A stretch of DNA of 64,000 nt from Burkholderiales bacterium (GTDB lineage: Bacteria > Pseudomonadota > Gammaproteobacteria > Burkholderiales > SG8-39). The stretch lies in the NCBI GenBank assembly GCA_044870335.1, contig JBIOYV010000111.1, positions 61,943 to 125,942 on the forward strand, written 5' to 3'. Positions 28,927 through 38,207 of this stretch are shown piece after piece (within the stretch, counting starts at the first letter, position 1; the number at the start of each line of letters is the position of its first letter). The notes below the pieces were generated by a model. That model did no database searches, was not told the DNA's origin, and was given only the letters and a program-made list of their open reading frames with translations. The position numbers were made by a program, and so were the translations under genes.

Positions 28927-29151
28927 AGATGCGCTCATTTTTTCGAGCGAGGAGGTCGCTGTGGCATTAGTTGGCGCGTGAAGGTCTAGCACTTCGCCGC
29001 AGCGTTCATTGACGATTCCTGAAAGAAAAATCACCCCGATCGCGTGAAGTAAGGCGCGCGGCTCGCTGTTATCCACAGCCAACGTGAACTCTCCCCTGCG
29101 TACCCCCGATCACTGCCAGTAGTGTAGTTGGCAAGAAAGGGGGGTAGATAT

Positions 29152-30240
29152 ATGAAACGCTTTGTTCGCAACACAGTCGCGGCAGCAGGGTTCGTCGCCG
29201 CAACGCTGTCCAGCAACGTCGCGCTCGCGGTGGAGGAGCTCGAAGGCACGGCGGGCAATGGTTCGATCGCCACCGCGCAGCCTCTGAGTGGTGACGTGTT
29301 CGTCGCCGGCAGCGTGATGGTGAACGGCGCCATCGGCTCCACGGCTTACTCGGTGCCGGCGGTGCCGGATGTCGACTTCTATTCCTTCGCGGCGACCGCG
29401 GGCGACATGCTGACCATCGATATCAACGGCGGCATCAAGGTAGACGGACCGTTGAACCCGATCCGCAGCGTGGATACGGTCATCGCCCTGTTCATGGCAG
29501 ACGGCACGATGCTCTACCTCAACGACGACGCCGACGATGTCGACCTCGGCTCCCTTGCGACGAACGACTCGCGCATCGTCAACGCGGTCCTGCCGGCGAC
29601 CGGCACCTACTTCGTCGGAGTGGCAGGCACCGGGATGCAGAGCATGCACCTGTTCTCGGATGGCGGAGTGCTGAGCGGCGCCTCGACCGCGGACCCGAAC
29701 ACCGGTAACGGCAGCTACACGCTGACCATCGCCGGGGTGACGACGCCGCCGGCCGATACGCCGCCGGCCGAGACGCCGCCGGCCGATACGCCGCCGGCCG
29801 AGCCGCCCGTGGTGACGACGCCGCCGCCGGTGGCGGGCGGAGCCCAGCAGATCAACATCGACATCCGGCCGCGCCAACAGGGCGTGACGAAGATCTGGGC
29901 GAATACCGACGGCAAGATCGTGGTCGCGCTGCTCTCCTCGAGCTCGTTCAACGCGCTCAAGGTCGATCGCACCACGATCACCTTCGGTGCGGAAGGCAAC
30001 GAAGCGAGCCTGATCCGCTGCCACAGCGAGGGCATCCACGTGAACCGCGATCGCCGCAAGGACCTGGTCTGCCTCTTCGACCTCAAGAAGGCCAGCTTCG
30101 ACGTCGGCGACGTCGAGGGCGTAGTCAAGGGCACGGTGGAAGGCAAGGTGTTCGAAGGCCACGCGCCGTTGAAGGTCTACCAGCGCGGCAAGAAGGAGAA
30201 GCATCGCCACGACTGGGACCGCCACGCCGGTCGGCGGTAA
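29152..30240 (+). CDS. secreted protein with a pre-peptidase-C-terminal-like domain and a Thr/Pro-rich tandem repeat linker
   Basis: ATG at 29152 after an AAGGGGGG RBS. Signal peptide present. DVDFYSF motif. Linker (TPPAD/TPPAE) x4. Confidence 0.7.
   Translation: MKRFVRNTVAAAGFVAATLSSNVALAVEELEGTAGNGSIATAQPLSGDVFVAGSVMVNGAIGSTAYSVPAVPDVDFYSFAATAGDMLTIDINGGIKVDGPLNPIRSVDTVIALFMADGTMLYLNDDADDVDLGSLATNDSRIVNAVLPATGTYFVGVAGTGMQSMHLFSDGGVLSGASTADPNTGNGSYTLTIAGVTTPPADTPPAETPPADTPPAEPPVVTTPPPVAGGAQQINIDIRPRQQGVTKIWANTDGKIVVALLSSSSFNALKVDRTTITFGAEGNEASLIRCHSEGIHVNRDRRKDLVCLFDLKKASFDVGDVEGVVKGTVEGKVFEGHAPLKVYQRGKKEKHRHDWDRHAGRR
29746..29805. repeat. 15-nt tandem repeat x4 (acgccgccggccgaK) encoding TPPAD/TPPAE
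   Basis: Read directly in the sequence inside CDS 29152..30240. Confidence 0.85.
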
Positions 30241-30286
30241 AGCAGGCGAGCGGCGACGCTAGTCGCCGCGCCTAGGCAGGAAATGT

Positions 30287-30336
30287 CGGGGGTCCTGGTC
30301 GCGAGACCATGGACCCCCGGTCATTTTTGGCAAACC
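30287..30336 (+). terminator. rho-independent terminator
   Basis: 9-bp stem cgggggtcc/ggacccccg with a 15-nt loop, followed by gtcatttttgg. Lies 47 nt after the stop of CDS 29152..30240. Confidence 0.6.
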
Positions 30337-30433
30337 GGAGGCTTGCGCCCGCACATCGACTGCATCACTGCGTGCGCGGCGCGCAAGGTCTATCCTGACC
30401 GGATCTTGCGCTCCGTACGCGGAGAGTGCGCGG

Positions 30434-32038
30434 ATGTTGGATTTTCTGAAGAAGGGCGACGACGGTCATCTCGACGCGTCGATGCGCACTCCGGCGTCGG
30501 CGGCGAAGCTGCTCGCCGGGATGCGCGAAGCCGATCCGGCCGCGGCGCTGGAAGAGCTCGCCGGCTGGCTCGAGAAAGGCCTGCCGAGCCACGACGCGAA
30601 ACTCCGCAGCCAGGTCCTGTCGCAGATCCACGAATCGGGCAGCGGGCATGTAGGCGCGCTTCTCGCTCGGTTTCTCGGCAAGCCGCCGGGAAGCGGCAGC
30701 AAGCCGGATCCATCGACCTGGGAAACGCTCAGCCGTTATCTCATGCTGCTGGCGCACGCGCTCTACACGTCGGCCAGGACGCCGCTGAAGGACCCCGACA
30801 GCAGCCAATCGCTCCGGCTCGTCGGCGCGGCAGACGCGGCGAGGTGCATTCATACCTGCCGAACGCTGGCAAAGGCCTGCCTCATGCGCTATCTCAGCGT
30901 TCCTGCGAAGCTCTGGCGCATGGCCTATGCCGTCCATGACAAGGCGCAGAAAGTCGGGTGCGCCGCGACGCCGGTCCACCTGCAGGGCGCGGGCCAGCCG
31001 GCGACGACCGTGACCCAGGAGCTGCTGCAGCTTTTGATGCTGCATTCGTGCGCGCCGGAAATGATGGCGCCGCGGCAGATCGAAGTGGCCGATCGCGTGA
31101 CCGAGCAGCTTGGCCAGGACTTCACGCTGCGCCCGCGCGGCGTTGCCGACATGCCGTTCTGCTTCGATCCGTCGAGCGACCTGCCGCCGCACCGGTCGAA
31201 CGGCCAGCCTTCCGGCGCGGACAGCCCCATGCGGTTCTTTGGCGCCGGCGCCGGCTTCAGCGCACTGGAGCGGCTCCACAAGGAGCTCGCGACGGCCAAG
31301 GTCGAGGACATCAAGGCGTTCGGCAAGGACATCGATCCTTACACCCAGATCTCGGCCACGCGGCATCTGCTGGCGTTCTGGGGTCCGACGTGCCCGTACA
31401 CGCCCCCGGCGCGCTCGCCGGCGTCGGGCGAGCTGAGCGTGATCCACGGCCATGCGCGGGTGTGGCAGGCCCTGTGGAGTACCCGGTCCACCAGCACCGA
31501 GCTGACCCTGGTGGAAGACGGCGCCTCCGGGCCGGAGGCGCCGGACACCTGGGCGCTGCACGACACTGGCGGCAACGAGCTGGGCGCCGAAATTCCGAAC
31601 GCTTCGAGGGAGCGGGCACGCTGCGGCAACGTGGTCGGCGTCTCGATGAACGGCAGCGACGACTATTGGGTGGGCGTGATCCGCTCGGTGCACGCCAGGC
31701 GCGACGGCTGCCTGCACGCCACGATCGCGATCCTGAGCCGCGCTCCCCACGCCGTGGAGCTGCGCACGCTCTATGCGCACGGCGAGGAGAGCGGCTATTC
31801 GGCGGAAGCCGCGCGCGAATTTGCCTTCAATCGGGCCTGCGCGATCGTTCTTGCGGACGGTTCGGCGGAGTCGCAGACGCCGAACCTGCTGCTGCCCGCG
31901 GAAGGCTGGAAGGAAGGCCGCGTCTACGAAGTGGCCGTGAACGGATCGACGCGCCAACTGCGCGGCGCCCAGCTCCTGCGCCGCGGCGACGACTACGTGC
32001 GCGTCACCTTCGAGTGGCTGGCCGGCGCAACGCCTTGA
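30434..32038 (+). CDS. hypothetical protein, possibly with a PilZ-like C-terminal domain
   Basis: 534 aa with no confident family match. The C-terminal region (RRDG...NGSDDYWVGV...VRVTFEWL) weakly resembles c-di-GMP-binding PilZ folds. Confidence 0.55.
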   Translation: MLDFLKKGDDGHLDASMRTPASAAKLLAGMREADPAAALEELAGWLEKGLPSHDAKLRSQVLSQIHESGSGHVGALLARFLGKPPGSGSKPDPSTWETLSRYLMLLAHALYTSARTPLKDPDSSQSLRLVGAADAARCIHTCRTLAKACLMRYLSVPAKLWRMAYAVHDKAQKVGCAATPVHLQGAGQPATTVTQELLQLLMLHSCAPEMMAPRQIEVADRVTEQLGQDFTLRPRGVADMPFCFDPSSDLPPHRSNGQPSGADSPMRFFGAGAGFSALERLHKELATAKVEDIKAFGKDIDPYTQISATRHLLAFWGPTCPYTPPARSPASGELSVIHGHARVWQALWSTRSTSTELTLVEDGASGPEAPDTWALHDTGGNELGAEIPNASRERARCGNVVGVSMNGSDDYWVGVIRSVHARRDGCLHATIAILSRAPHAVELRTLYAHGEESGYSAEAAREFAFNRACAIVLADGSAESQTPNLLLPAEGWKEGRVYEVAVNGSTRQLRGAQLLRRGDDYVRVTFEWLAGATP

Positions 32039-32744
32039 AGAGCGCCGGTTCCCAGTAGCGCACGGCGAGCATCACGCTGAGCGGGTAGCGCTGCTCGAGC
32101 GGCAGGCGCGAGTCGGCACGGTGCTGGTCGTCGTATTCGCGCGCCACCTGCTCGAGGCGCCGCAGCAGCGCCATGCGGGCTTCGCCCGAGACCCGGACCG
32201 TGACCATGCGCATGAACTCGCCTGGACCCTCGAACGCGTGATTGAAGAAGTCCGGCGCCTGCGAGCGCGCGTAGCGCATGATCGGCCCGTCCGGGTTCCA
32301 GGCGAAGGTGCGCGCGAGGCGCAGCCGGATGCGGTTGTTCTCGTGCACCTCGACGATGCCGATGCGCTCGAGCTTCAGCAGCAGCTTGACGCACTGCGCC
32401 TCGTCCAGATCGTAGAGGTGGACGATCTCGTCCACGCGCATCTGCTGGATCGCGCAGATGGCGACCAGGAGCAGCGCCGGTTCGGCCATCAGCTCCTGCT
32501 CCTGCTGCGGCGTGAGCCGGCTGATGAGCTTGTCGTCGCGCGGGGCGCCGCGCGCCAACTCGGCGAGGTCCACCTGGAGCAGGTCGCAGATCGAGTCGAG
32601 CCGCTCGAGCGTGCAACTCTTGGTCGCGAAGATGCGCTTGACGGTGGCCTCCGAGATCTTGAGCGCGCGTGCGACCTCGGCGTAAGTCATGCCGCGCGCC
32701 TTGAGGTGCATCCGGAGGCCATCGAATACGAACGCAGAGGACAC
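32004..32744 (-). CDS. XRE-family (Cro/C1 HTH) transcriptional regulator with a C-terminal domain of unknown function
   Basis: HTH LKARGMTYAEVARALKISEATVKRIF. GTG start at 32744 lies 6 nt after GAAAGG. Convergent with the upstream gene and overlaps it by 35 nt. Confidence 0.75.
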   Translation of the reverse strand: MSSAFVFDGLRMHLKARGMTYAEVARALKISEATVKRIFATKSCTLERLDSICDLLQVDLAELARGAPRDDKLISRLTPQQEQELMAEPALLLVAICAIQQMRVDEIVHLYDLDEAQCVKLLLKLERIGIVEVHENNRIRLRLARTFAWNPDGPIMRYARSQAPDFFNHAFEGPGEFMRMVTVRVSGEARMALLRRLEQVAREYDDQHRADSRLPLEQRYPLSVMLAVRYWEPALFKALRRPATRR

Positions 32745-32855
32745 GGCGGGCCTTTCGGGCGAGAAAGTTTCACCGGATGATACTTTAGAGTCGATATTCT
32801 TGAACCGCGTCGCATCATATTGAACGCGACTAGGGGGTCGGCATACTGCCCGCCC

Positions 32856-35387
32856 ATGAGCCGTGCACTCCCCTACCTCTGGTACCCGCTCATCTTTGCG
32901 GCGGCGATCGCCGGCTTCGCCGCCATGCTTTCGGCCGGGTTACCGCTTGCCGCCGCGACCTATGCGCCGGTCGCCGCCGCGGCGCTGGCGGTCGTGGTGC
33001 TCGAGCTCGCCTTTCCCGAGCGCCTCGATTGGCGTCCGCGGCGCGCGGACGTCGCCGCCGATGCGGCCTTCATGGCGTTCGTGCAGATCCTGCTGCCGCG
33101 GGTGCTGGCCGCGTCTGTGGTTCTCGGGCTCGCCGCCTGGGCGCACGAGCGTGCGCCCAGCCCTTGGTGGCCGCACGACTGGCCGCTCGGCGGGCAGATG
33201 GTGCTCATGGTTTTGGCGGTGGACTTCCTGCGCTATTGGCTGCACCGGGCCTGCCATGCCTATCTGCCGCTCTGGCGCCTGCACCAGGTCCACCACTCGC
33301 CGGACATCCTCTATGCGCTCAACGTCGGGCGCTTCCATCCGCTCGAGAAGGCGCTGCATTTCGCCTGCGACAGCGCGCCGTTCCTGCTGCTCGGCGTGGC
33401 GCCCGAGGTGGTCGCGGGCTATTTCCTCCTCTACGCAGTGAACGGTTTCTTCCAGCACAGCAATGTGCGCCTGCGCTACGGCTGGCTCAACTACGTGGTC
33501 GGCAGCGCGCAGACGCATCGCTGGCACCATGCCCGCGATCCGCGCCTGGCGCACTGCAACTTCGGCAGCAGTACTCTCCTCTGGGATCTCGCCTTCGGCA
33601 CCTGGCAGCTGCCGCAAGACGCGCCGGTAGACGACATCGGCATCATGGACCGCGCCTATCCCAGGGGCTTCTGGGCGCAGATGGGAGCACCGTTCCGCGC
33701 CGCAGCGCCGCGGTACGGCATCGCCCGGCGCATCGCGGATCTCGTCATCCCCGCGTACCTGCGGCTGGCGAGCATCGTGCATTCCTGGCGGCTCGGCCGC
33801 GCGGCGCGCAACCCGATGCGCGTCCAGAGGGCGCTGCTCGAGCGGATCCTGCGCGATAACCGCGCCACTTCGTTCGGACGCCAGCACGGCTTTGCGCGTG
33901 TTCGCGACTATGCCGGCTACGTGGGCGCGGTGCCGGTGATGGATTTCGAGGCGCTGCGTCCGTATATCGAGGCCGAGATCGAGCGCGGGGAGCAAGCCCT
34001 GACCGCCGAGGCGCCGCGGCAATACCTGCGCACCAGCGGCTCGACCGGAAAGCCGAAGGACATTCCACTCACTGCGACGCACCTGCGCGCGCTGCGCGCC
34101 ATCCAGCGCACCTCCGTCGCGTTCCAGCACCGCGTCTGCCCGGAAGCGTTCCGCGGCAGCATCCTCGCCATCGTGAGCCCGGCGGAGGAGGGCAGGCTCG
34201 CGAACGGCAAGCCCTACGGCGCCGCCTCCGGCATCGTCGCCGCCGGCACACCCGCGCTGGTACGCGAGAAGTTCGTGCTGCCCGCGGACGCGCTGGCGGT
34301 TGCCGACGCGCGCGTGAAGTACCTGCTCATCCTGCGCCTGTCGCTGGCGCGGCGCGATATCACCTATTTCGGCTCGGCGAACTCGACCACGCCGCTCGCA
34401 CTGATGAAGCTCTATCGCGAGTACCACGCTGAGCTGATCGCGGACGTGCGCAACGGCGGGTTCTTCTGCGCCGGCAAGCTTGCGGCCGGCACGCGTGCGG
34501 CGCTGCGCCGACGCCTCGAGCCGGACCCGGCGCGCGCCGACGAGCTGGCGGCGCTGCACGCCGGGGGTGCCGTGCCGCGAATGGCCGAGCTGTGGCCCGA
34601 GCTGCGCATGGTCGTGACCTGGACCTGCGGCAGCGCGGGCGTGAGCGTCGCCGCGCTGCGGCGCGAGCTCGCGCAGCGCACGCGCGTCTTCGAGCTCGGG
34701 TACGTGGCGAGCGAGTTCCGCGGCACGCTGACGCTCGGCAGCCAGGCCGGCACCGGCCTGCCGACCTTCGATACGCATTTCTTCGAGTTCGTCGAGCGTG
34801 CGAAATGGGACCGCGGCGAGCCCGAGTACGTAACGCTCGGCGAGCTGCGCAAGGGCGTCGACTACTACGTGATCGTCACGACGGCGGCGGGCCTGTACCG
34901 CTATTTCATCAACGATCTCGTCCAGGTCACCGGCTTCCTGCACGCGACGCCGCTTTTCAGATTCATGCAGAAGGGAAAGGGCGTGACCAATATCACCGGC
35001 GAGAAGCTCTACGAGTCGCAGCTGCTTCAGGCGGTCCGCGCCGCGATGGGGAAGCTCGGCCTCGATGCGCGCTTCGTGATGATGCTCGCCGACGAGGCGG
35101 CCTGCGCCTATCGCCTCTACGTCGAGCCCGACCGCGTCCCGGCGGTCGCGGCGGCGCGCCTCGCTGGCGAGGTCGATGCGCGGCTGCGCAAGCTCAACGT
35201 CGAATACGAAGGCAAGCGCGACAGCGAGCGGCTCGCTGCGCCCAGCGCCGCGTGGTTGCGTCCCGATACCGGTGAGGCATACAAGCGCCATTGCGTGGCC
35301 CGCGGACAGCGCGAGGGGCAGTTCAAGTGCCCCGTGCTTGCCTATCGCCGGTCCTTCGGCTTCGACCTGGAAGCCTACGTGCAATGA
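32856..35387 (+). CDS. fusion protein: N-terminal fatty-acid hydroxylase / sterol desaturase family membrane domain plus C-terminal GH3 (acyl-acid amido synthetase) family domain
   Basis: His-box motifs HRACH, HQVHHSP and HRWHH in the N-terminal TM domain. GH3-like motifs in the C-terminal ~560 aa (SGSTGKPK, YASSE-like, GLYRY). A single continuous frame of 843 aa. Confidence 0.8.
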   Translation: MSRALPYLWYPLIFAAAIAGFAAMLSAGLPLAAATYAPVAAAALAVVVLELAFPERLDWRPRRADVAADAAFMAFVQILLPRVLAASVVLGLAAWAHERAPSPWWPHDWPLGGQMVLMVLAVDFLRYWLHRACHAYLPLWRLHQVHHSPDILYALNVGRFHPLEKALHFACDSAPFLLLGVAPEVVAGYFLLYAVNGFFQHSNVRLRYGWLNYVVGSAQTHRWHHARDPRLAHCNFGSSTLLWDLAFGTWQLPQDAPVDDIGIMDRAYPRGFWAQMGAPFRAAAPRYGIARRIADLVIPAYLRLASIVHSWRLGRAARNPMRVQRALLERILRDNRATSFGRQHGFARVRDYAGYVGAVPVMDFEALRPYIEAEIERGEQALTAEAPRQYLRTSGSTGKPKDIPLTATHLRALRAIQRTSVAFQHRVCPEAFRGSILAIVSPAEEGRLANGKPYGAASGIVAAGTPALVREKFVLPADALAVADARVKYLLILRLSLARRDITYFGSANSTTPLALMKLYREYHAELIADVRNGGFFCAGKLAAGTRAALRRRLEPDPARADELAALHAGGAVPRMAELWPELRMVVTWTCGSAGVSVAALRRELAQRTRVFELGYVASEFRGTLTLGSQAGTGLPTFDTHFFEFVERAKWDRGEPEYVTLGELRKGVDYYVIVTTAAGLYRYFINDLVQVTGFLHATPLFRFMQKGKGVTNITGEKLYESQLLQAVRAAMGKLGLDARFVMMLADEAACAYRLYVEPDRVPAVAAARLAGEVDARLRKLNVEYEGKRDSERLAAPSAAWLRPDTGEAYKRHCVARGQREGQFKCPVLAYRRSFGFDLEAYVQ

Positions 35388-36484
35388 AGCTCGAATCGCT
35401 CCAGGCAAGCGCGCTCGCCATTTCCTTCCGGCACTCGTTCAGGCATGCGTCGGCCGAGCGTTCTGCCACGCAGGCGATCTGGGTCGCGGCACGCGCGTGC
35501 GGCGCCGCAGGCTACGGCGAGGGTTGTCCGCGCGAGTACGTCACCGCCGAGAGCGTGCGGAGCGCGCAAGTCTTCGTGGCTGCGCATCTGCACGAATGGA
35601 GCGGCGAGCTGCTCGACGCGCCGTGGTTGCGTGGCTGGACGGCGAAGCGCGAACGCGAGATCGACGCTCATCCCGCGGCGTGGACGGCGGTGGAGCTCGC
35701 TATGCTGGACCTGCTGGGGAAGACCGGGTCCAGGCCGGTGGAGGCGCTGCTCGGACTGCCCGCCCTGGCGGGTCGCTTCCAATATACGGCGGTGCTCGGC
35801 GACGCGCCGCCTGCCGCCTTCGAGGCGCAGCTTGCGCGCTACCGCGGCGCCGGTTTCCGTGATTTCAAGATCAAGCTCTCCGGCGAGCCGGCACGCGACG
35901 CGGCGAAGGTGAGCGTGCTGCGAGCCGCGGGCATCGCGCCCGAGCGCGTGCGCGCCGACGCCAACAATCTGTGGCCGGACGCGGGCGCCGCGATCGCAGC
36001 TCTCGAGGCGCTCGATTATCCCTTCGCCGCGCTCGAAGAGCCGCTGCGCGCCGGCGACCACGAAGGCATGGCGCGCGTCGGCCGGGCGCTCGGGAGCGCC
36101 ATCATCCTCGACGAAAGCGTGGCGCGCGCGAGCCAGCTCGAAACGTTGCCGGCGCATGGCAGCTGGATCGTCAATTTGCGGATCTCGAAAATGGGCGGTG
36201 TCCTGCGATCGCTGGAGTTCCTGAACGAGGCGCGCCGACTCGGTGTGCCAGTCGTCATCGGTGCGCACGTCGGCGAGACCAGCGTGCTGACACGCGCCGC
36301 GCTTACCGTGGCGAGCGTTGCGGGCGACGTTCTGATCGCGCAGGAAGGCGCGTTCGGCACCCACCTCCTCGAGCGCGACGTGGCCGAGGCGCCGCTCATG
36401 TTCGGCGCCGGTGGCGCGCTGGAAGTCGCGCCGGCGATGGCGGCAGCGCCGGGCTGGGGCCTCGCGATCCGTGAGCCCACGTAG
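35384..36484 (+). CDS. enolase-superfamily enzyme (mandelate racemase/muconate lactonising / dipeptide epimerase-like)
   Basis: Barrel-domain motifs (KIKLSG..., DANN, LEEP, DES, KMGG). ATGA overlap with the fusion gene. Confidence 0.85.
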   Translation: MKLESLQASALAISFRHSFRHASAERSATQAIWVAARACGAAGYGEGCPREYVTAESVRSAQVFVAAHLHEWSGELLDAPWLRGWTAKREREIDAHPAAWTAVELAMLDLLGKTGSRPVEALLGLPALAGRFQYTAVLGDAPPAAFEAQLARYRGAGFRDFKIKLSGEPARDAAKVSVLRAAGIAPERVRADANNLWPDAGAAIAALEALDYPFAALEEPLRAGDHEGMARVGRALGSAIILDESVARASQLETLPAHGSWIVNLRISKMGGVLRSLEFLNEARRLGVPVVIGAHVGETSVLTRAALTVASVAGDVLIAQEGAFGTHLLERDVAEAPLMFGAGGALEVAPAMAAAPGWGLAIREPT

Positions 36485-38195
36485 CCTCTTCGCCTGGCTG
36501 CTCGCCGCCGTGCTTGCGGTCGCCAGCGCAGGGTGCACCACCGTAGTCGGCCAGTTTTTCCTGCCGAAAGAGGGCGTGCGGGAAGCGGGCTACGCGGTCG
36601 AGCGGCAAAAGGGCGTCGCCTTCGATACTTCCGACGGCATCGCGCTGGTGGCCGATCTTTATCGACCCAGAACGCAGGAGAAGAGGCCGACGATCCTGGT
36701 GCGAATTCCATTTTCCAGCACCTTCAAGAACCGCCTCGCGGTCGATACCGTCGGCGAGTTCTGGGCGAGTCGCGGCTACAACGTGGTGATCCAGGGAACT
36801 CGCGGGCGCTACAAATCGGGCGGTGAGTTCTATCCGCTGCTCTACGAAGAGGCTGACGGGCGCGAAACGCTGCAATGGCTCGCGCGCCAGCCCTGGTTCG
36901 ACGGCCGCCTGGGGATGTGGGGCGGCTCGGCGTTCGGTCATACCCAGTGGGTGCTGGCGGGTGACGAGGCCCCCGGACCGGGCGTGCTCATGATCCAGAT
37001 CGCCAGCACCAGCTTTCGCGAGATGTTCCATCCGGGAGGCGCGTTCTCGCTCGAGTCCGCGCTGTTCTGGGCGGCGCGCAGCCACGGACGCGAAGACCGC
37101 GATCCCTCGTTCGACGCGCTCGAGCGCGGGTTCGCCGGGTTTCCATTGATCGAGGCCGACGACCGCGCCGTCGGCGACGTCGCCTTCTTCAACGACTGGG
37201 CGCGTCACGTCGACGCGGACGATTACTGGCGTCGCATCGACGGGACCGATCGTGCCGGCACGCTCAGGGCGCCAGTGCTCCTCATGGCGGGCTGGTATGA
37301 CCCGTTCCTGCCGACGCAGCTGCGCGACTTCGAAACCGTGCGGCGCGAAGCGGCGCCCGGCGTCGCGGCGGGCAGCCGGCTCATCGTCGGACCCTGGACG
37401 CACGCCGACCCGGTGCGGTTTCCCGACGGCTCGACCGCGGGCGACTACCGGCCAGCGAGCCTCGCGCCGAGCCTGCCGTGGTTCGACCATCATCTGCTCG
37501 GCAAGCCGCTCGCCCCATCGCTTGCCGCGCCGGTGCGCATCTACGTCATGGGCGAAAACCAATGGCGCGACGAGCGGGAATGGCCGCTCGCCCGCGCACG
37601 TTACGTACCCTATTACCTGGGAAGGGGTGGCCGCCTAGCGCAAAGCCCGCCGGGCGATGAGCCACCGGACTCCTACGTATGCGATCCGCGGCAGCCGGTA
37701 CCCTCGCGCGGCGGCGCCATGCTCGGTCCGCGCGCCGGCATAGCATTGCAAAACGACATCGAGGCACGCACCGACGTGCTCCTCTACACCACCGCGGCCC
37801 TCGAGCAGGACACCGAAGTCACTGGGCCGATCCGGGCGCTGCTCTACGTGTCCACCACGGCGCCAAATACGGATTTCACCGTCAAGCTGGTGGACGTCCA
37901 CCCGGACGGCAAGGCGTACAACATCTCCGACGGCATCCTGCGGCGCGCGTATCCCGAGCAGGCGCGCGAAACCCCGCAGGAAATCGTCGTCGAGCTCTGG
38001 CCGACCAGCATGCTCTTCCGGCGCGGCCATCGCGTGCGCGTCGAGGTCTCGAGCAGCAACTATCCGCGCTACGACCGCAATCCGAACACCGGCCGCGACA
38101 TCGCCACCGAAACCGAGCCGCGGCCGGCGACGCAGACCGTGTTCCACAGCGCCGTGGCGCCGTCGCGCATCATCCTGCCGCTGGTCCCGCGCTAG
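36471..38195 (+). CDS. CocE/NonD-family (S15 X-Pro dipeptidyl-peptidase-like) hydrolase, lipoprotein
   Basis: Lipobox LAVASAGC. GxSxG-like motif GGSAFG. C-terminal beta-sandwich. GTG start at 36471 assumed; an ATG at 36411 is an alternative. Confidence 0.75.
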   Translation: MSPRSLFAWLLAAVLAVASAGCTTVVGQFFLPKEGVREAGYAVERQKGVAFDTSDGIALVADLYRPRTQEKRPTILVRIPFSSTFKNRLAVDTVGEFWASRGYNVVIQGTRGRYKSGGEFYPLLYEEADGRETLQWLARQPWFDGRLGMWGGSAFGHTQWVLAGDEAPGPGVLMIQIASTSFREMFHPGGAFSLESALFWAARSHGREDRDPSFDALERGFAGFPLIEADDRAVGDVAFFNDWARHVDADDYWRRIDGTDRAGTLRAPVLLMAGWYDPFLPTQLRDFETVRREAAPGVAAGSRLIVGPWTHADPVRFPDGSTAGDYRPASLAPSLPWFDHHLLGKPLAPSLAAPVRIYVMGENQWRDEREWPLARARYVPYYLGRGGRLAQSPPGDEPPDSYVCDPRQPVPSRGGAMLGPRAGIALQNDIEARTDVLLYTTAALEQDTEVTGPIRALLYVSTTAPNTDFTVKLVDVHPDGKAYNISDGILRRAYPEQARETPQEIVVELWPTSMLFRRGHRVRVEVSSSNYPRYDRNPNTGRDIATETEPRPATQTVFHSAVAPSRIILPLVPR

Positions 38196-38207
38196 CCACT
38201 CCAAGCT

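Noticed and set aside
29743-29810. Short tandem repeats considered as a possible CRISPR or minisatellite
   Set aside because: The 15-nt units are contiguous with no spacers and lie in-frame within a coding sequence (TPPAD/TPPAE linker). This is not a CRISPR array.
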